Positions 32,817 through 36,017 of a DNA stretch of 36,017 nt are shown here, one piece after another. Source of the DNA: a virus. The notes beneath the pieces were generated by a model. That model made no database searches and was not told the origin of the DNA. It worked only from the letters and a program-made list of their open reading frames with translations. Each line of letters starts with the position of its first letter. Position 1 is the first letter of the stretch. The stretch covers positions 1 to 36,017 of the IMG/VR virus record IMGVR_UViG_3300045988_159892. One strand, 5' to 3'. The position numbers and the translations under genes are program-made.

Positions 32817-33878
32817 CTATTTTATATAAAATTTGACGACCGAGATAAGTTGCTCGGATAACTTATATATGTCATTGAACGATTCGATTAAGTGCTTTGT
32901 CCCCACCTTGTTTTCATCGAACGTCTCGACATACTTTTTTGATCCGTTGAAGTGTAGCCGACATATCGGCTTCCTGTTATTGTCATCAAACAGAATCGCG
33001 AAATAACTTTGCGCGTCCCTGCTTACGATCCGGTTAAGGTCTACGACATTGCAAAGAATAGCCCGAACGATATAAAATCCCTGGATTTCGTCCTCTGTTG
33101 TTACGATCTTGCTTTCGTCCGCCTCTTCGACAGGTTCCGATTCCTTGCTTGGGCCTACGGCCGGAATATCGGGCGTAATTGCCGACTTTAACCGATCATT
33201 CACGTAGTCGTTTGTGTATAACTGAAAGGCCCGTTGAATCATGGGACGGAAGTCGTCCATCACATTGCGCGTAACGCTGCCGGAATATACCTGCTTGGTG
33301 ATGAACTTCACAAAGTCATCCGTAGGTTCCATGCTTTGGGCAACGATATAGGATCGGATGGCGTTCGTGTATTTCATCTCCGTGGCCGAGTTGAGTATGA
33401 CGGTAGTATCATACTGGCTTCGGCAAAACTGCTTTAACTTGTCTATGTGGCTATCCTTCAGGTCAAGCAAATTGATCTCGAAAAACGGTCTTTCATCCAT
33501 CTTGTTCGGCTCGTCGAGGTCAGCAAAGAATTTGTAGACGATTCCGTTGGTCAAAACGCCGAACTTCGCCTTTGAGACATGGTAATAGCGGAACAGCTGG
33601 GCTTGGTACTTGTCCAAATCCGCCGACCAGTGCTTGCATTCGATCAACATGATCGGATTGCCGTTGAGAAATACCGTGTAATCTATCTTCTCGCCCTTTT
33701 TGATGCCGTAGTCGCAATCACATTCGGGTGTTACCTCGGTAGGGTTAAAAATATCATATCCAAGCGTTTGGATGAAAGGTAAGACAAAAGATGTCTTTGT
33801 TGCCTCCTCTGTTTTGATGTTGTCCTTCATCTTTGCAACCTTGTCGGACAGTAGCTTGATTGAATCTTTGAAGTCCAT
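32817..33878 (-). CDS. PD-(D/E)xK nuclease-fold protein of the HsdR N-terminal-like type, with an uncharacterised C-terminal domain (353 aa)
   Basis: EEATKTSFVLPFIQTLGYD, IDYTVF...PIMLIECK and GVLTNG match the HSDR_N-type restriction-endonuclease-like core. No helicase, methylase or specificity partner in the window. Confidence 0.7.
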   Translation of the reverse strand: MDFKDSIKLLSDKVAKMKDNIKTEEATKTSFVLPFIQTLGYDIFNPTEVTPECDCDYGIKKGEKIDYTVFLNGNPIMLIECKHWSADLDKYQAQLFRYYHVSKAKFGVLTNGIVYKFFADLDEPNKMDERPFFEINLLDLKDSHIDKLKQFCRSQYDTTVILNSATEMKYTNAIRSYIVAQSMEPTDDFVKFITKQVYSGSVTRNVMDDFRPMIQRAFQLYTNDYVNDRLKSAITPDIPAVGPSKESEPVEEADESKIVTTEDEIQGFYIVRAILCNVVDLNRIVSRDAQSYFAILFDDNNRKPICRLHFNGSKKYVETFDENKVGTKHLIESFNDIYKLSEQLISVVKFYIK

Positions 33879-33890
33879 ATCGTATAAGTT

Positions 33891-34577
33891 TTACATTATA
33901 TTCCGCTTGATTACCCCCGTTACCCGAAACAGCCTTTTAACATCTTCGAGCGGTATTTCAAACTCGGGATAAAAATATTTCCCCTCGCGAGGCCCGTTTT
34001 CGTGCTTCATGTGGTTGTCGCTGATGCAGCTAAAGGCTGTTTTGTTCTCGTTGTAATATAGCCTTTTGAGAAATCGGTTCTCGGCTGTCTCGATCACATA
34101 AACGGTTCCAGGTTCGATGAAATTTTCGGTATATCTCCGTAATCCAATCACGCACCCGGCAGGATAGTTTGGAACCATTGAATTTCCATATACGCGCATC
34201 GCAAACTCGCTATCTTTTAATATCCCGCCGATCTCTATCCACCCTGCCGGTGCCGCAGGTGTCATCTCCATGCCATATTGTGTTCCGGCGGCTACCTCAG
34301 CGTCAAAGTATGGAATAACTTTCCCGGAGCTTATCTCCTGCGACGCACTGCTTTCTTCGCCAGATTGAGCCTCTTTGAGCATATTGCCTTCTCCAGTAAG
34401 AAGCCATGCAATGTTTAAGTCAGGGTATGTAGCCTTTATTCGTTCTACATATTCAGGTCCTATTCCTTTGCTGATACTATTCACGAATGAACTTGACGCG
34501 CCAATCCCAAGAGCAAAAGACCTTCTGCTTATTCTTTTATGGTCTATAAATTCTATAAGCCTTTCCTTAACTCCCAT
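33891..34577 (-). CDS. CI/LexA-like repressor (N-terminal HTH plus S24 peptidase domain)
   Basis: I set the start at ATG 34575-34577 (MGVKERLIEFIDHKRISRRSF), not the TTG 34604 in the track. S24 motifs: VYGNSMVPNYPAG (Ser) and FLKRL (Lys). Confidence 0.85.
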   Translation of the reverse strand: MGVKERLIEFIDHKRISRRSFALGIGASSSFVNSISKGIGPEYVERIKATYPDLNIAWLLTGEGNMLKEAQSGEESSASQEISSGKVIPYFDAEVAAGTQYGMEMTPAAPAGWIEIGGILKDSEFAMRVYGNSMVPNYPAGCVIGLRRYTENFIEPGTVYVIETAENRFLKRLYYNENKTAFSCISDNHMKHENGPREGKYFYPEFEIPLEDVKRLFRVTGVIKRNIM

Positions 34578-34607
34578 ATCGTCAATTAGTTTATAGAAAT
34601 TCAATTA

Positions 34608-34639
34608 ATATAAATATTATTTATATGTATTTTGAATAC
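34608..34639. promoter_or_regulatory. Candidate operators in the divergent lysogeny-switch region
   Basis: Perfect 9-bp inverted repeat ATATAAATA-T-TATTTATAT (34608-34626), then GTATT-TTG-AATAC (34627-34639). The region is AT-rich, so significance is modest. Confidence 0.4.
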
Positions 34640-34645
34640 ACATTC

Positions 34646-34676
34646 TTGTTACATGAATAGAATTTCTATATATTTG
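34646..34676 (+). promoter_or_regulatory. Early-right promoter
   Basis: TTG (34646-34648), 20-nt spacer, TAtaTTTG (34669-34676). The ATG is at 34718. Confidence 0.55.
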
Positions 34677-34717
34677 CATTGTGATATTTAATTAACACTC
34701 AAAAATAAAGGTTTTAT

Positions 34718-35005
34718 ATGAATAATGCAAACGAAAATAATGCGAATGCTTGTGTTTTACCAGCACAAAGGTATTACAAGAGCCTGCCGAAGAAGGTAAA
34801 GGGCGAGATACTGCGTACGCTTGAAGAAACTATTGGCAAGAAGTCGAAGATAACATACATACGATGGTTCTACGGGCAGGTATATCCCCAGACGATTGCC
34901 GAGCGCAATGCTGTGGCCCAAGCCATGAACCAATACGCCGGCTGCACGCTCACAGGCGACGAGCTGTTTCCCGAGGATTTCCCTTATCGCGGGGCTAACA
35001 ATTAA
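34718..35005 (+). CDS. Hypothetical early protein in the Cro position (95 aa)
   Basis: First gene divergent from the repressor. No clear HTH recognised by eye. Confidence 0.55.
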   Translation: MNNANENNANACVLPAQRYYKSLPKKVKGEILRTLEETIGKKSKITYIRWFYGQVYPQTIAERNAVAQAMNQYAGCTLTGDELFPEDFPYRGANN

Positions 35006-35019
35006 TAAATCTTGTTCAT

Positions 35020-35592
35020 ATGGCCTACAAACTTCACAATATCGAATTTCAGCGCACGCAAGACCGCTCGATCATCTATCAGCAGGCAGGCGGTGAGTTT
35101 GTGATGCTGACCGAGAAAGACCCGATCATCGTGATCCTCGATGAGAAGATTAAGACCGAGTATCCTGAAGCGTATGCGGTGCTTGACAAAGAGTTCAGCA
35201 AGAGCAGGGCCGACATCCGCAAGCACCGTTTCGACATCGTATGCGCATTCCTGTCGTGTAACTGCGGCGGATCAGACGAGAGAATGGACATCGACGAGGA
35301 TGGAGATTTCAATTTCGAGACGGCCAACTGCCCGTCGCTGTTCTGCAAGTATCGGGGCGTAGTATGCTGCGGTAAGTTCAAGACTAATATGACAAAACGA
35401 CAGGAAGAGACGATGTGGTGGTATATCCACTACATGAGGATGGGATTTGAGCCGCAGCAAATTCGTGAACTGGTGGGCGCGAAGCTGGGAATATCTCCCG
35501 AGACAGTCGACACGAACAAGAGGGACGCCTTCGACCGCGAGGGTGTCAACTCTATGGCCGAGTTCATCTTGAAGATGGAGGGGAAATTATAG
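35020..35592 (+). CDS. Putative transcription regulator: Cys cluster plus C-terminal LuxR/GerE (sigma-70 region 4-like) HTH
   Basis: CNCGG...CPSLFCKYRGVVCC, followed by TKRQEETMWWY...QIRELVGAKLGISPETVDTNKRDAFDREGV (GerE-like pattern). Confidence 0.6.
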   Translation: MAYKLHNIEFQRTQDRSIIYQQAGGEFVMLTEKDPIIVILDEKIKTEYPEAYAVLDKEFSKSRADIRKHRFDIVCAFLSCNCGGSDERMDIDEDGDFNFETANCPSLFCKYRGVVCCGKFKTNMTKRQEETMWWYIHYMRMGFEPQQIRELVGAKLGISPETVDTNKRDAFDREGVNSMAEFILKMEGKL

Positions 35593-35613
35593 TAAAACTC
35601 AATACCTACACCT

Positions 35614-36017
35614 ATGAATACGAATTACGAAAAGATCAAGTCCGACCTTCTGGCCTTTGGAAAGAGGAACGGCGCCTGCGCAGGGCAGTATCAGCGGCTC
35701 TACAAAGCGGAGAGCATCGAGGATGTGATCGCCGTTGTCAAGGATAATTTTGTGTGGTGCGCCAAGTACCGAGACTTCGCCGACGTGATTATGGCTAACC
35801 GCGAGCAGTTCGCCGAGCATCAGATATGGGCCAACCAAGACGTCAAGATTCAAGAAGGCATTGGTTATCTCCTGGCCACAGAGGGAGAGATCAACGCCGA
35901 GAGCTGGGGCACCTCGACGATCAACGCTACGAGCAGAGATGCCTCGACGATCAACGCCGAGAGCTGGGGCACCTCGACGATCAACGCCGAGAGCTGGGGC
36001 ACCTCGACGATCAACGC
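35614..36017 (+). CDS. Partial ORF (runs off the window) with 10-aa tandem repeats INAESWGTST
   Basis: ATG at 35614 with no stop to the window end (my own translation: MNTNYEKIKSDLLAFGKRNGACAGQYQRLYK...EINAESWGTSTINATSRDASTINAESWGTST...). Absent from the ORF track because it is open-ended. Confidence 0.7.
   Translation, partial: MNTNYEKIKSDLLAFGKRNGACAGQYQRLYKAESIEDVIAVVKDNFVWCAKYRDFADVIMANREQFAEHQIWANQDVKIQEGIGYLLATEGEINAESWGTSTINATSRDASTINAESWGTSTINAESWGTSTIN
35890..36017 (+). repeat. 30-bp in-frame tandem repeat, at least 4.3 copies
   Basis: The unit ATCAACGCCGAGAGCTGGGGCACCTCGACG is identical at 35890, 35950 and 35980, with a partial copy at 36010. The copy at 35920 is diverged. Confidence 0.95.

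Larger units (their letters stand above)
340..36017. mobile_element. Integrated temperate siphovirus-like prophage (right end beyond the window; left boundary approximate)
   Basis: Integrase, a CI-like repressor, and a complete packaging/head/tail/lysis module. The left att site cannot be located without the other end. Confidence 0.8.

Noticed and set aside
32817-33878. Classical type I/II/III restriction-modification system
   Set aside because: Only the HsdR-N-like nuclease core is present. No methyltransferase, specificity subunit or helicase domain occurs in the window.
35890-36017. Tandem repeats as a possible CRISPR array
   Set aside because: The units are contiguous 30-mers without spacers and lie in frame within an open reading frame. 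There are no cas genes.
1-36017. Diversity-generating retroelement, retron or other RT-based system
   Set aside because: No reverse-transcriptase-like ORF (no YxDD-type motif seen) and no TR/VR-type near-repeat pair was noticed by eye. A computational repeat search would be needed to exclude divergent pairs.

Overview
The window is almost entirely one temperate, siphovirus-like prophage that continues past the right edge. The host looks Bacteroidota-type, judging from TAnnTTTG/-33 TTG promoters, an acidic post-Cys lipoprotein signal and the integrase type. Layout: about 500 bp of unusual non-coding flank, then a tyrosine integrase (557-1906, +), followed by about 29 kb of tightly packed minus-strand genes. 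From left to right these are a cargo block of unknown genes (2058-4869), a lysis cassette (5052-7231), a 1415-aa tail/fibre protein, a Dit-like protein, the tape measure, an extra small gene, a G/GT chaperone pair with a -1 overlap, tail tube, connector proteins, a lambda-like scaffold-decoration-major capsid trio, an HExxH protein, MuF-like protein, portal, TerL and TerS. Next comes an early-left operon rich in modification-type enzymes: ParB-like, PAPS-reductase-like PP-loop ATPase, ASCH, a non-canonical tRNA, DUF2693-like, an acidic protein, a class-II GATase-like Ntn hydrolase and an Amidoligase_2-like protein. The lysogeny region holds two divergent promoter regions and a small HTH cassette. 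It also holds an S24 CI/LexA-like repressor apparently co-transcribed with a PD-(D/E)xK (HsdR-N-like) nuclease and a surface-type lipoprotein. A rightward early operon runs off the window. The best candidates for undescribed biology are: (1) the repressor-nuclease-lipoprotein operon as a possible prophage defence/exclusion module; (2) the tightly coupled amidoligase + Ntn-Cys amidotransferase/peptidase pair; (3) the ParB-like/PP-loop ATPase/ASCH/tRNA cluster, including an 89-codon start-less frame that continues in frame past the ASCH TAA stop; (4) a 35-bp promoter module duplicated 7.3 kb apart, one copy followed by a promoter-proximal terminator, which suggests a Q-like antitermination layout. 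All family assignments come from motifs read by eye. No database search was possible.
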